NCBI GenBank assembly: GCA_041610455.1
Contig: JBFIOX010000001.1
Location: forward strand, 1-26,209
Direction: 5' to 3'
Source of the DNA: Gemmatimonadota bacterium
Lineage (GTDB): Bacteria > Gemmatimonadota > Gemmatimonadetes > Palauibacterales > Palauibacteraceae
DNA length: 26,209 nucleotides
Shown here: piece by piece, positions 17,127-26,209 of the stretch
Layout: every line of letters starts with the position of its first letter
Numbering within the stretch: position 1 is the stretch's first letter
The notes under the pieces: model-generated
What the model saw: only the letters and a program-made list of their open reading frames with translations
Told to the model about the DNA's origin: nothing
The model's database searches: none
Made by a program: the position numbers and the translations under genes

Positions 17127-17404
17127 CGGGAAGGCCGTGCCCGCCCCCTCTCGCCCCCACGTCGGGGGGCACGAGGCGCGCTCGGCGGCCGGCCGAGGCC
17201 CGAGAATGCGCGCATTTTGTTGCGTTCGCGAGGCATTCGTGAGCCGAGAGCCCGGGGTGGGTGTGGCGGTTGTGCACGGCGCGGCGGCCGTGTCGGCCCC
17301 GTGCAGGTTGCACGACCGCGAGAGCATGTTGCCAGCGTGGAGAACCTCGGAGGCCCGCCTGCGGCGGCCTCTTCAGAGCTGAGGATCGGCGGGGGGTAGA
17401 GAAC

Positions 17405-18943
17405 GTGCGAATCGAAGCGCCGGAGGCGATGGACGGGCTGTCCGACGACGACCTTCCGGTCGACGATCTGGAGGAGTCCGGATCGACGATCCTCGGACCG
17501 GAGGAACGGCAGAGCATCCGGATCCTGGTCATCGACGACGAACAGAGCATCCTCGACAGCTGCGAATCGGTGCTGGCGGCGGACGGCTACCAGTGCGAGT
17601 GCGAGCGCAAGGCCGACGAGGCGCTGCACCGCCTCAAGAGTCAGACGTACGACATCGTGCTCATCGACCAGAGCATGCCGCAGGTGCACGGCCTCGACAT
17701 CCTCGCCGAGGTGCGGCAGCGGTCGCCGGCCACGATCCCCATCATGATGACCGGACACGCCACGACGGAGGCGAGCATTCGCGCCATGAAGGCCGGCGCC
17801 TGGGAATACGTGCCGAAGCCATTCACGGCCACCCAGCTGCTGGTCGTGATCGGGCGCGCCGCGTACACCCTGCTCCGACAGCGCACGCTCTCGGACTCTT
17901 CCAAGCGGGAAGGCGTGCTCGTCGACGGGCAGGTACGCATCCTCGGCGTCTCCAAGGCCATGAGACAGGCCGTCGAGACGGCCATGAAGGTCGCCAAGAC
18001 CGACGCCTCCGTGTTCATCACGGGTGACAGCGGCACCGGGAAGGAGCTCATCGCCCAATACATCCACTCCGAGAGCCGACGCTCGCGTAAGGCGTTCGTC
18101 GCGGTGAACTGCGCGGCCCTGCCCGGCGAGTTGCTGGAGTCGGAGATGTTCGGCCACCGGCGCGGTGTGTTCACCGGTGCGGTGCGCGACAAGCCGGGCC
18201 TCCTCGAAGTGGCCGACCAGGGGACTTTCTTCCTGGACGAGCTCGGCGAGATGCCGATGCCCCTGCAAGCCAAGCTCCTGCGGGTCCTCCAGGACGGCGT
18301 CATCCGGCGCGTGGGGAGCGAGAAAGACGACGCGGTCGTGGACGTTCGCTTCATCTCCGCCACCAACCGCGAGCCCGAGGAGGCCATCCGGGACGGCGCG
18401 TTGCGCCAGGACCTGTACTTCCGCCTCCGCGTGGTCCCCATCCACCTCCCGCCGCTGCGCGAGCGGCCCGAGGACGTGCCGGCGCTGATCAAGCACTTCA
18501 TCGATCACTTCTGGCGCCGGCATCAGCTGCCCGGGGCCATGCCGCCGCGCTTCGCGCCCGAGGCCATGGAGGCCCTGGTTCGGCACAGTTGGCCGGGGAA
18601 CGTGCGCCAGCTGCAGAACGTGCTCGAGCACCTCGTCGTCCTTTCCGAGGCCAACGAGGTCATCGGCACCGATCGCCTGTCCGTGCTCGAAGAGGGGCCC
18701 ACGGTCTCCCCGGCCCTGGCGGGGAGCGGCGGCTCGGTGGGGACCCTCATCGACTTCCACGCCCCGTTCCACGAGGCGAAGGACGCCCTCGTCGGACGCT
18801 TCGAGAGGGAGTACTTGGCCCAGGTGATCTCGCGCACCCAGGGCAACATGTCGGAGGCCGCGCGGCAGGCCGGCATCGACCGCACCACCCTGTATCGCCT
18901 CATGGACAAGCACGAGCTGTCCAAAGACGCGTTCGTCCAGTAG
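17405..18943 (+). CDS. sigma54-dependent response regulator (NtrC/AtoC family: REC-AAA+-Fis HTH)
   Basis: Receiver (IDDE...D-Q-S-M-P...TG...KP), Walker A GDSGTGKE, GVFTGA (GAFTGA loop), Walker B FLDE, WPGNVRQL, and HTH GNMSEAARQAGIDRTTLYR. Start is GTG 17405 or ATG 17429. Confidence 0.93.
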   Translation: MRIEAPEAMDGLSDDDLPVDDLEESGSTILGPEERQSIRILVIDDEQSILDSCESVLAADGYQCECERKADEALHRLKSQTYDIVLIDQSMPQVHGLDILAEVRQRSPATIPIMMTGHATTEASIRAMKAGAWEYVPKPFTATQLLVVIGRAAYTLLRQRTLSDSSKREGVLVDGQVRILGVSKAMRQAVETAMKVAKTDASVFITGDSGTGKELIAQYIHSESRRSRKAFVAVNCAALPGELLESEMFGHRRGVFTGAVRDKPGLLEVADQGTFFLDELGEMPMPLQAKLLRVLQDGVIRRVGSEKDDAVVDVRFISATNREPEEAIRDGALRQDLYFRLRVVPIHLPPLRERPEDVPALIKHFIDHFWRRHQLPGAMPPRFAPEAMEALVRHSWPGNVRQLQNVLEHLVVLSEANEVIGTDRLSVLEEGPTVSPALAGSGGSVGTLIDFHAPFHEAKDALVGRFEREYLAQVISRTQGNMSEAARQAGIDRTTLYRLMDKHELSKDAFVQ

Positions 18944-18996
18944 GAGCGGGACGTGCCGCGCCGTCGCCCCCGCGGGCCCACGGCCGGGGCCCTCGC

Positions 18997-20028
18997 GTGA
19001 ACGATCCCCGGAGACCCCGTCTGGCGGCGTCCGAGCCGGAGGCCCGGGACTCGTTCGACGGGCGCCGGATCGTCCGGGGGCTGGCTCCGGAGGTGCAGCC
19101 GGTCGCCCGCTACCTCCTCCGGCGGGTGGAGCAGGATCCCGAGATCGCGCCCCCGTCGGAGCCGCTTCCGCGCGCCTCGCTGGACGCCACCGTGGCGGCG
19201 GTGCGGGCGGTTCGAGAGCACCTGTTCGAGCTGGCCGAGCGCGACGCGCCCCCCCAACGCCTGCGGGTCTTCCACGGGCGGCTCGATCGCGAGTTCGCGG
19301 CCCTCGTGCGGGACTTCGTTGAGCGGCGCAGGGACGAATCGAGGGAGCTGCTGCGCGATGTGTCGCACGATCTGCGCTCTCCGCTCAACTCGATCCTGGT
19401 GCTGGCCGATGCGCTGGCCGGCGAGCACTCGGGATCGCTGAACGAGGTGCAGCAGCGCCAGGTCGGCGTGCTGTACGCGGCCACCGTGTCGCTCGTCGGG
19501 CTACTCAACGACCTCCTCGACGCGGCCCATCTGGATCGCGCGGAGGAGATCGACGTCGTGCGCGAGGCGTTCTCCGTCGAGAACGTGCTCGACCAGGTCG
19601 ATCGCCTCCTGGGACCGCTCGCGCGGAACGGCGCGGTCACGCTGGCGTTTCGGTTGGAGACGCTGGGCCCCCGAACCGGTGATCGGCGCATCCTCACCCG
19701 GGTTCTGCTCAATCTCGTGACGAACGCCCTACAGGCCTCCGAGCGGGGTGGATGGGTCGAGGTGCGGGCGTTCGAGGAGCGGTCGGGTTGGCTCACCGTG
19801 ACGGTCAGCGACAGCGGCACCGGGGGCGACCTGGAGCGGCTTCGCGCCCGTCTGAGCCGCGCGCTGCTGCCGGCGCCCGGGAGGCGGGAGGAGGGCTGGA
19901 CCCGGGGACTCGGGCTGGGGATCTGCGCGCGCCTCGTCGAGGCGACCGCCGGCGAGATCCGCGTCGATGCGGTGCCCGGCTCGGGGGGGTGCCGCTTCAC
20001 GCTGCACCTGCCGTATCCCCGCGACTGA
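18997..20028 (+). CDS. Cytoplasmic histidine kinase (HisKA + HATPase), no TM or recognisable sensor domain
   Basis: H-box SHDLRSPL, N-box LLNLVTNA, G1 DSGTG, G2-like RGLGL. The GTG start at 18997 avoids overlap with the regulator. Confidence 0.85.
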   Translation: MNDPRRPRLAASEPEARDSFDGRRIVRGLAPEVQPVARYLLRRVEQDPEIAPPSEPLPRASLDATVAAVRAVREHLFELAERDAPPQRLRVFHGRLDREFAALVRDFVERRRDESRELLRDVSHDLRSPLNSILVLADALAGEHSGSLNEVQQRQVGVLYAATVSLVGLLNDLLDAAHLDRAEEIDVVREAFSVENVLDQVDRLLGPLARNGAVTLAFRLETLGPRTGDRRILTRVLLNLVTNALQASERGGWVEVRAFEERSGWLTVTVSDSGTGGDLERLRARLSRALLPAPGRREEGWTRGLGLGICARLVEATAGEIRVDAVPGSGGCRFTLHLPYPRD

Positions 20029-20034
20029 GGGCGG

Positions 20035-20079
20035 CGAGCCCTCGGCCGGCGCGCGAACCGACGCGTCGAGCCCTCGGCC
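20035..20079. repeat. 13-bp direct repeat CGAGCCCTCGGCC x2 between convergent genes
   Basis: Exact copies at 20035-20047 and 20067-20079, separated by 19 bp. Confidence 0.8.
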
Positions 20080-20089
20080 CGATCGGCGG

Positions 20090-20890
20090 CTAGTCGTCCC
20101 GGTATTCGGGAGGGGCGATCGATTTCACGGCGACCGGCTTGGCCGGGATCCCCACGTTGACGTGATAGGGAGCCACGTCGCGAGTGGCCACGGCCTTGGC
20201 CCCCACCATGCCCTGCGTGCCCACGTGCACGCCGGCCAGAATGGTGGCCCCGACGGTGATGCGCACGTTGTCACCCAGCACGGTCTTCTTGTTGGTCACG
20301 TCGACGATGTCGTCGATCGAGTGCGAGTGGCTGAACACCGAAGCGTAGTCCGAGATGGAGACGCGGTTGCCCAGCTCGATCCCTCCACGGTCGTCGAGGA
20401 GCACGTTCCGGTGCACCACCACATCGTCGCCGACCTCGAGATTGTAGCCGAAGGAGACCTCGACGAAGTGGAAGCACTTGAAGTTCTTGCCCACGCGCTT
20501 GAACACGTGGGGCGCCAGGATCCGGCGGAAGCGGACACCGAGATGCACGTTGCCCCCGGCGGGCGACCGGTCGAACATCTGCCACAGCCACAGGAGGGCC
20601 TTGCGCTCGTAGAACCTCGCCTCGTCGATGTCGTGGTAGTATTCGGGCTCCAGCGTCACGTTGCGGGGGTCGAGCTGGGCCAGCGCGACGCGCTCGGTGG
20701 CCGAGAGGTCGTCGGGATCGACGTCGAGGGGGAGACCGGGGAAGAACAGCCCGCGGAGCACCTCGACGCACAGGGCGTCCCGATCGCACGCCGGGTCCGC
20801 GAGCCGCTCGGCCAGCTCCTCCAGCCACCGGTCGTACAGGGCCACGGCGGCGCGGCTCGGTTCCAAGGGACGCAGCGGACGAAGTACCAT
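20090..20890 (-). CDS. Hexapeptide-repeat (left-handed beta-helix) acyltransferase with N-terminal helical extension
   Basis: Repeats VGKNFK, VGDDVV, LGNRVS, LGDNVR, VGAKAV, plus S-H-S-H and G-x-P-A-K motifs. ATG 20890 has GAGG upstream. Confidence 0.85.
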   Translation of the reverse strand: MVLRPLRPLEPSRAAVALYDRWLEELAERLADPACDRDALCVEVLRGLFFPGLPLDVDPDDLSATERVALAQLDPRNVTLEPEYYHDIDEARFYERKALLWLWQMFDRSPAGGNVHLGVRFRRILAPHVFKRVGKNFKCFHFVEVSFGYNLEVGDDVVVHRNVLLDDRGGIELGNRVSISDYASVFSHSHSIDDIVDVTNKKTVLGDNVRITVGATILAGVHVGTQGMVGAKAVATRDVAPYHVNVGIPAKPVAVKSIAPPEYRDD

Positions 20891-21104
20891 CGGACCTCTG
20901 TCTCGAGCTCGGACGACTCCGGAACGTGGAAGCGGCGGCGCTATCGAGCGGGGCCGGCCTCCGACCGTCGCCGCCCCGGCCGGATGCGGTGCAATCGACG
21001 CCCCCGATGGTCGACTGTCAAACCCGGCGGAGGGCCGAGACTTGAAACTTCCGACCCCCCGGTGGGAGTATTCAGGTAGCCCCGAGTACGGAGTCGATGA
21101 GGAG

Positions 21105-21464
21105 ATGAACGAGATCCTCAAGAAGCAGGTCTGGCGCAAGCTCGAAGCCCTTCCCGAAGAGAAGGTCTACGAGGTTCTCGACTTCATCGATTTTCTGGAG
21201 TCGGAGTTCGGGAATCGAGGCGCCCCGCGGCCACCGGTCTTCCAGCAGTTCGCCGAGTCCGTGCAGCGCCAGCTCCGGCGCTCGCGCGCGCCCGCCAACG
21301 CCATGAAGGGGACGATGAAGGTGCTCGGCGCGGCCGACCGCGTCCTCGACTCTTTCCGGCAGGCGGGACGGGAGTTCCTGGCCGAGTTGGAAGCAGGCCG
21401 GCCCGAGCCGCCGCCCAAGGACGAGCGCGAGCCTCCCGAGGAGCGAGAGATCGTGGTGGAATGA
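21105..21464 (+). CDS. Small hypothetical protein, DUF2281-like N-terminus
   Basis: MNEILKKQVWRKLEALPEEKVYEVLDFIDFLE resembles the L-P-E-E-x-x-x-E-V-L-D-F-x-x-F-L pattern. Family assignment is from recognition, not a search. Confidence 0.65.
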   Translation: MNEILKKQVWRKLEALPEEKVYEVLDFIDFLESEFGNRGAPRPPVFQQFAESVQRQLRRSRAPANAMKGTMKVLGAADRVLDSFRQAGREFLAELEAGRPEPPPKDEREPPEEREIVVE

Positions 21465-21477
21465 GCGACGCGGCGCG

Positions 21478-21506
21478 TTGACGGAACCGGCCCCGGCGTC
21501 TACCAT
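21478..21506 (+). promoter_or_regulatory. sigma70-type promoter of guaB
   Basis: TTGACG (21478-21483)-N17-TACCAT (21501-21506), followed by the GC-rich discriminator GGCGC. Confidence 0.75.
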
Positions 21507-21514
21507 GGCGCATG

Positions 21515-23121
<1,607 letters not shown>

Positions 23122-23252
23122 GCCCCCCGGGGCCCTAACCCTCGGGGTGGTGGATGGATGCAACGTTCGGCCGCCGCCGTTCGTCTCTTCGAGGGTGCAG
23201 TGCCGCGGCCACCGGCGGTTCGCGTGTGACACACGAGAGCAGGAGAGGCGAG

Positions 23253-24728
23253 ATGCGGGACACGCGGTCACAATCGGGGCCTTCCCGTCTCCCCGAAATC
23301 GTTTCCACGGCGCTCCTTGCCGTCATCTTGGCGGCGTGCGCGGGCCAGGCCGGTCCGCGGCTCGGCCCGAATCCCGGGGCGACCGAGACCCGGCCCCCCG
23401 CCGGCGCCGAGGTCGAGCCCGCCACGCTCGAGGGCGCCGAGCCGGTCGCGGAGGACCCGACCGAGCCTGCTGCGGCCGCGCCGGACTTCGAGGGCCCCAC
23501 GTCGGAAGAGATCGATCGGGCGATTCACGCCGCGCTCGGTCCCGACCCGCTGGGGCTGGCCGCCCCGCCCGAGCTCGACGCCCGGCTGCCGCTCGAGATG
23601 AACGAGCGGGTCGAGGCGTGGATCAACTACTTCCAGAACGTCATCCCCGAGCGGTTCGGTCTGTATCTGGCCCGCAAGGGGAAGTACGAGAAGATGATCC
23701 TCGAGAAGTTGCGCGAGGCGAAGATGCCGCGGGATCTCATCTACCTGGCGCTCATCGAGAGCGGCATGAACCCCAACGCGTACAGCCGCGCCCGCGCAGT
23801 CGGCATGTGGCAGTTCATCTCGAGCACGGCCAAGATGTACGACCTGGAGGTCTCCCACTGGGTGGATGAGCGCCGCAATCCCGAGAAGTCGACCGACGCG
23901 GCGCTACGGTACCTCTCCGATCTGCACGAGCAGTTCGGCTCCTGGTACCTGGCCGCCGCCGCGTACAACGGAGGACCGGGTCGCATCTCGCGGGGCTTGG
24001 CGCGCGTGGACGGCGGGACGTTCTGGGACCTGGCCGATGCGCGTCTGCTGAGGAGCGAAACCACCAACTACGTCCCGAAGCTCATCGCCGCGACGATCAT
24101 CGGTGAGGATCCGGAGCGATACGGCTTCGGCGCGATCGCGCCCGAGGCGGAGCTGTCGTACGAGGTGGTGCGGATCCCCGAAGCCACGAGCTTCGACGTC
24201 CTGGCCGAGGCGATCGGAACCGACGAGAGCACGCTCCGCGAGCTCAACCCCGAGTTCCCCCAGCGCGTGACGCCGCCCACCCGGGCCGTCGAGTTCCGGG
24301 TCCCCGTGGGGCTCTCCTCGGACTTCGAGACACGCTACGCGGCGATCCCGGCCGACAAGCGGATCAGCTTCACGTACCACGTGGTCACGCGCGGGCAGAC
24401 CTTGTCGCAGATCGCCAGCCGTTACGGCGTCAGCGTCTCCGCGCTGCAGTCCGCCAACGGCAACGTCCACCCGCGCCGGCTCCGGATCGGGCAGCGTCTC
24501 GTCATCCCGAACCCGGCGCGCGTGGCCTCGCGCGGCGGCTCCGGGTCGGCCGCCGGGTCGGCCGCCCGGGAGACGCCGCGGGGCCCGACCACGGTGGTCG
24601 TGCGTCGAGGCGACACCCTGTGGTCGATCGCACGTCGATACTCGGTGTCCACGCGCGACATCATGGACTGGAACGGCCTGCGCTCGTCGGTGATCCGGCC
24701 CGGCGACCGCCTCGAGATCCGGCGCTGA
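23253..24728 (+). CDS. mltD: Membrane-bound lytic transglycosylase (MltD-like) lipoprotein with two LysM domains
   Basis: AGGAG RBS, lipobox LAAC, SLT motifs IESG...AVGMWQF, AAYNGG, ETTNYVPK, and LysM domains HVVTRGQTLSQIA and VVVRRGDTLWSIA. Confidence 0.88.
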   Translation: MRDTRSQSGPSRLPEIVSTALLAVILAACAGQAGPRLGPNPGATETRPPAGAEVEPATLEGAEPVAEDPTEPAAAAPDFEGPTSEEIDRAIHAALGPDPLGLAAPPELDARLPLEMNERVEAWINYFQNVIPERFGLYLARKGKYEKMILEKLREAKMPRDLIYLALIESGMNPNAYSRARAVGMWQFISSTAKMYDLEVSHWVDERRNPEKSTDAALRYLSDLHEQFGSWYLAAAAYNGGPGRISRGLARVDGGTFWDLADARLLRSETTNYVPKLIAATIIGEDPERYGFGAIAPEAELSYEVVRIPEATSFDVLAEAIGTDESTLRELNPEFPQRVTPPTRAVEFRVPVGLSSDFETRYAAIPADKRISFTYHVVTRGQTLSQIASRYGVSVSALQSANGNVHPRRLRIGQRLVIPNPARVASRGGSGSAAGSAARETPRGPTTVVVRRGDTLWSIARRYSVSTRDIMDWNGLRSSVIRPGDRLEIRR

Positions 24729-24984
24729 GACGAGCGCCTCCGGGCGGCGCGGGGGCCCCTGCAACCCGCGGCCGCCCGGGGCTTCGCGACCTCTCGCGTC
24801 GATGGCTTCCCCGCCTCGGCGACCCTTCTCACCGACCGCTTCCCCACCTCGCCAGACGCTCGGCCGGCCGCCCGGACGAGCCCGATTCCGCGGGACCGAA
24901 CCTTGCATGGGGTCGACACGTATCGGAGCGCGCGGTCGCCGGACCGCCCATTCGAGGACCCACGTAGAGGTGGCGCCAGCAGGC

Positions 24985-25689
24985 ATGTTCGAAGTCGATC
25001 TCCACACGCACACGGGCTACTCCCACGATGCGCATACGAGGCCGGCCGATCTGGTCGAGCGGGCGCGGGAGGTGGGACTGGACCGGATCGCGGTCACGGA
25101 TCACGGCACCATCGAGGGCGCGTTGAGAGCTCGCGAGCTGGCGCCCGATCTCGTCATCGTGGGTGAAGAGATCCGCTGCCGCTGTCACACCGAGCTGATC
25201 GGCTTGTTCCTACGGGAGCGCATCCCCATGCGGCTGCCGCTGGAAGAAGTGGTCGAGCGGATTCGGACTCAGGGAGGGATCGTCTACGCCCCACATCCGT
25301 TCGCGTATCCTCGCGCGGCCCGCCGTCGGGCGCATCGCGCGCTCGGCGTGGCCGATGCGGTCGAGGCGATCAACGCGCGGGCCTTCGTGCCATACTGGAA
25401 TCGGGCCGCGACGCGAGCGGGGCGTCGGCGGGGGCTCCCGCTGGCCGCCGGGTCGGACGCGCACTTCGCGAGCGAGATCGGCCGTGCGCGCACGCTCATG
25501 CCGCCGTTTCGCACGGCCGCCGAGTTCCGAACTTCGCTGGACCGGGCGAAGCCGGTGCAGCTGGCGACCACGGGGGCGGCGCTCCACGTGGCATCGATGG
25601 GGCTCAAGTACGGCCGGATGGCGAGCCGGTACGCCGCGTCACTGTCCGTCGCACTACCCCGCGGACGTCGGGTCGCCGAAGCCTCCTAG
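24985..25689 (+). CDS. PHP-domain metal-dependent phosphoesterase
   Basis: DLHTHT, HDA, AVTDH, GEE, HPF, GSDAH motifs. The start could also be GTG 24970 or ATG 24907. Confidence 0.88.
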   Translation: MFEVDLHTHTGYSHDAHTRPADLVERAREVGLDRIAVTDHGTIEGALRARELAPDLVIVGEEIRCRCHTELIGLFLRERIPMRLPLEEVVERIRTQGGIVYAPHPFAYPRAARRRAHRALGVADAVEAINARAFVPYWNRAATRAGRRRGLPLAAGSDAHFASEIGRARTLMPPFRTAAEFRTSLDRAKPVQLATTGAALHVASMGLKYGRMASRYAASLSVALPRGRRVAEAS

Positions 25690-25701
25690 GTAGGGCCGCC
25701 T

Positions 25702-25725
25702 CCGACCCGAAGCTCTCGCGGTCGG
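25702..25725. terminator. Hairpin between convergent PHP and dehydrogenase genes
   Basis: CCGACC-CGA...TCG-C-GGTCGG stem with a 5-nt loop and no U-tract on either strand. Confidence 0.35.
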
Positions 25726-25729
25726 GCGC

Positions 25730-26209
25730 TCAGCCGAACGACACCGCCTGCTCCACCGCGCCCTCCTCGGCTCCACCCGATGGCGCCCGGCGGCTGCGAG
25801 GCGGGCCGGCGATCGGATATACGAGCCCGCGCCCGATCCTGCCCTTTAGCCCGTTGCGGGGATCGACCACGATCGCAGCGTGCTCGAGAACGAGGTCGTA
25901 ATCCACGTCCCGGTGGTTCGCCGTCACGACGACGACGTCGCTCGATTCCAACAGCTCGCGCGTCAGCGGCCGGGATGTGAGGTCGCCGGACTCGAGCTCG
26001 AGGTCCGCCACGAAGGGATCGTGATAGGAGACCTCCGCGCCCCCCGAGCGCAGGAGCTCGATGATGTCGAGCGCGGGGCTCTCGCGCGTGTCCCCGACGT
26101 CGGGCTTGTAGGTCACTCCCAAGAGCAACACGCGACTTCCGTTGACGGGCTTGCGGGCCCGGTTTAGCGCCTGGCCGACGCGGGAGACCACGTAGCGCGG
26201 CATCTCCGC
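25730..26209 (-). CDS. UDP-glucose/GDP-mannose dehydrogenase family (WecC/WbpA-like), C-terminal part; 5' end outside window
   Basis: MPRYVV, LLGVTYKPDVGDTRESPA, YHDP, TANH, and D-x-R-N motifs. The frame stays open to the right edge (…AEMPRY). Confidence 0.88.
   Translation of the reverse strand, partial: AEMPRYVVSRVGQALNRARKPVNGSRVLLLGVTYKPDVGDTRESPALDIIELLRSGGAEVSYHDPFVADLELESGDLTSRPLTRELLESSDVVVVTANHRDVDYDLVLEHAAIVVDPRNGLKGRIGRGLVYPIAGPPRSRRAPSGGAEEGAVEQAVSFG

Noticed and set aside
15890-18913. 1007-aa minus-strand ORF, and similar long overlapping ORFs (13140-15413, 21184-22728, 10658-11980, 10437-12119)
   Set aside because: All overlap well-supported genes on the opposite strand or in another frame and lack recognisable domains.
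20035-20079. Mini-CRISPR interpretation of the 13-bp repeat
   Set aside because: Repeat and spacer are too short, there are only two copies, and no cas genes are present.
20993-21021. Minus-strand TTGACA upstream of the acyltransferase
   Set aside because: Perfect -35, but the -10 at 17 bp (TCGATT) is poor; not supportable alone.
23125-23147. Hairpin CCCCGGGG/CCTCGGGG after guaB
   Set aside because: No U-tract and almost entirely G/C; cannot be distinguished from chance.
24541-24566. 12-bp tandem repeat CCGGGTCGGCCG x2
   Set aside because: In-frame duplication encoding a GSAAGSAA linker between LysM domains; ordinary linker variation.
24892-24907. sigma54-like GGGACC-GAACC-TTGCA upstream of the PHP gene
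   Set aside because: GG-N10-GC spacing and -12 are good, but the -24 element deviates (GGACC versus GGCAC); too weak to call without data.

Overview
This is a very GC-rich bacterial chromosomal window. Tandem Big_2 Ig-like lipoprotein domains and the look of the small 21105 protein suggest Gemmatimonadota, but that is inference, not a computed assignment. The left ~20 kb is an exopolysaccharide/capsule-type locus. On the minus strand it carries wzc, a GT4 glycosyltransferase, a Wzy/O-antigen-ligase-family protein, a sulfotransferase and an AsnB-type amidotransferase, then a ~940-aa lipoprotein (5 Ig-like repeats plus a predicted beta-helix), then an ABC exporter, a GT-C membrane glycosyltransferase and a VanZ-family protein that runs off the left edge. 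Divergently transcribed are a UDP-GlcNAc 2-epimerase, an NtrC-family sigma54 activator and a sensor-less histidine kinase. Each of the three minus-strand units has a sigma54 -24/-12 motif upstream (two strong, one weaker), so the locus looks like a self-contained sigma54 regulon. The right ~6 kb holds a hexapeptide acyltransferase, a small hypothetical protein, guaB, an MltD-like transglycosylase with two LysM domains, a PHP-domain protein and the 3' end of an NDP-sugar dehydrogenase. The most striking non-coding feature is the ~155-nt guaB leader. It follows a clear sigma70 promoter, can form two mutually exclusive folds with an anti-Shine-Dalgarno pairing, and also contains a 52-codon putative leaderless ORF whose stop overlaps the guaB start. 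No CRISPR array, tRNA, rRNA or mobile element was recognised. All motif and structure calls were made by eye.
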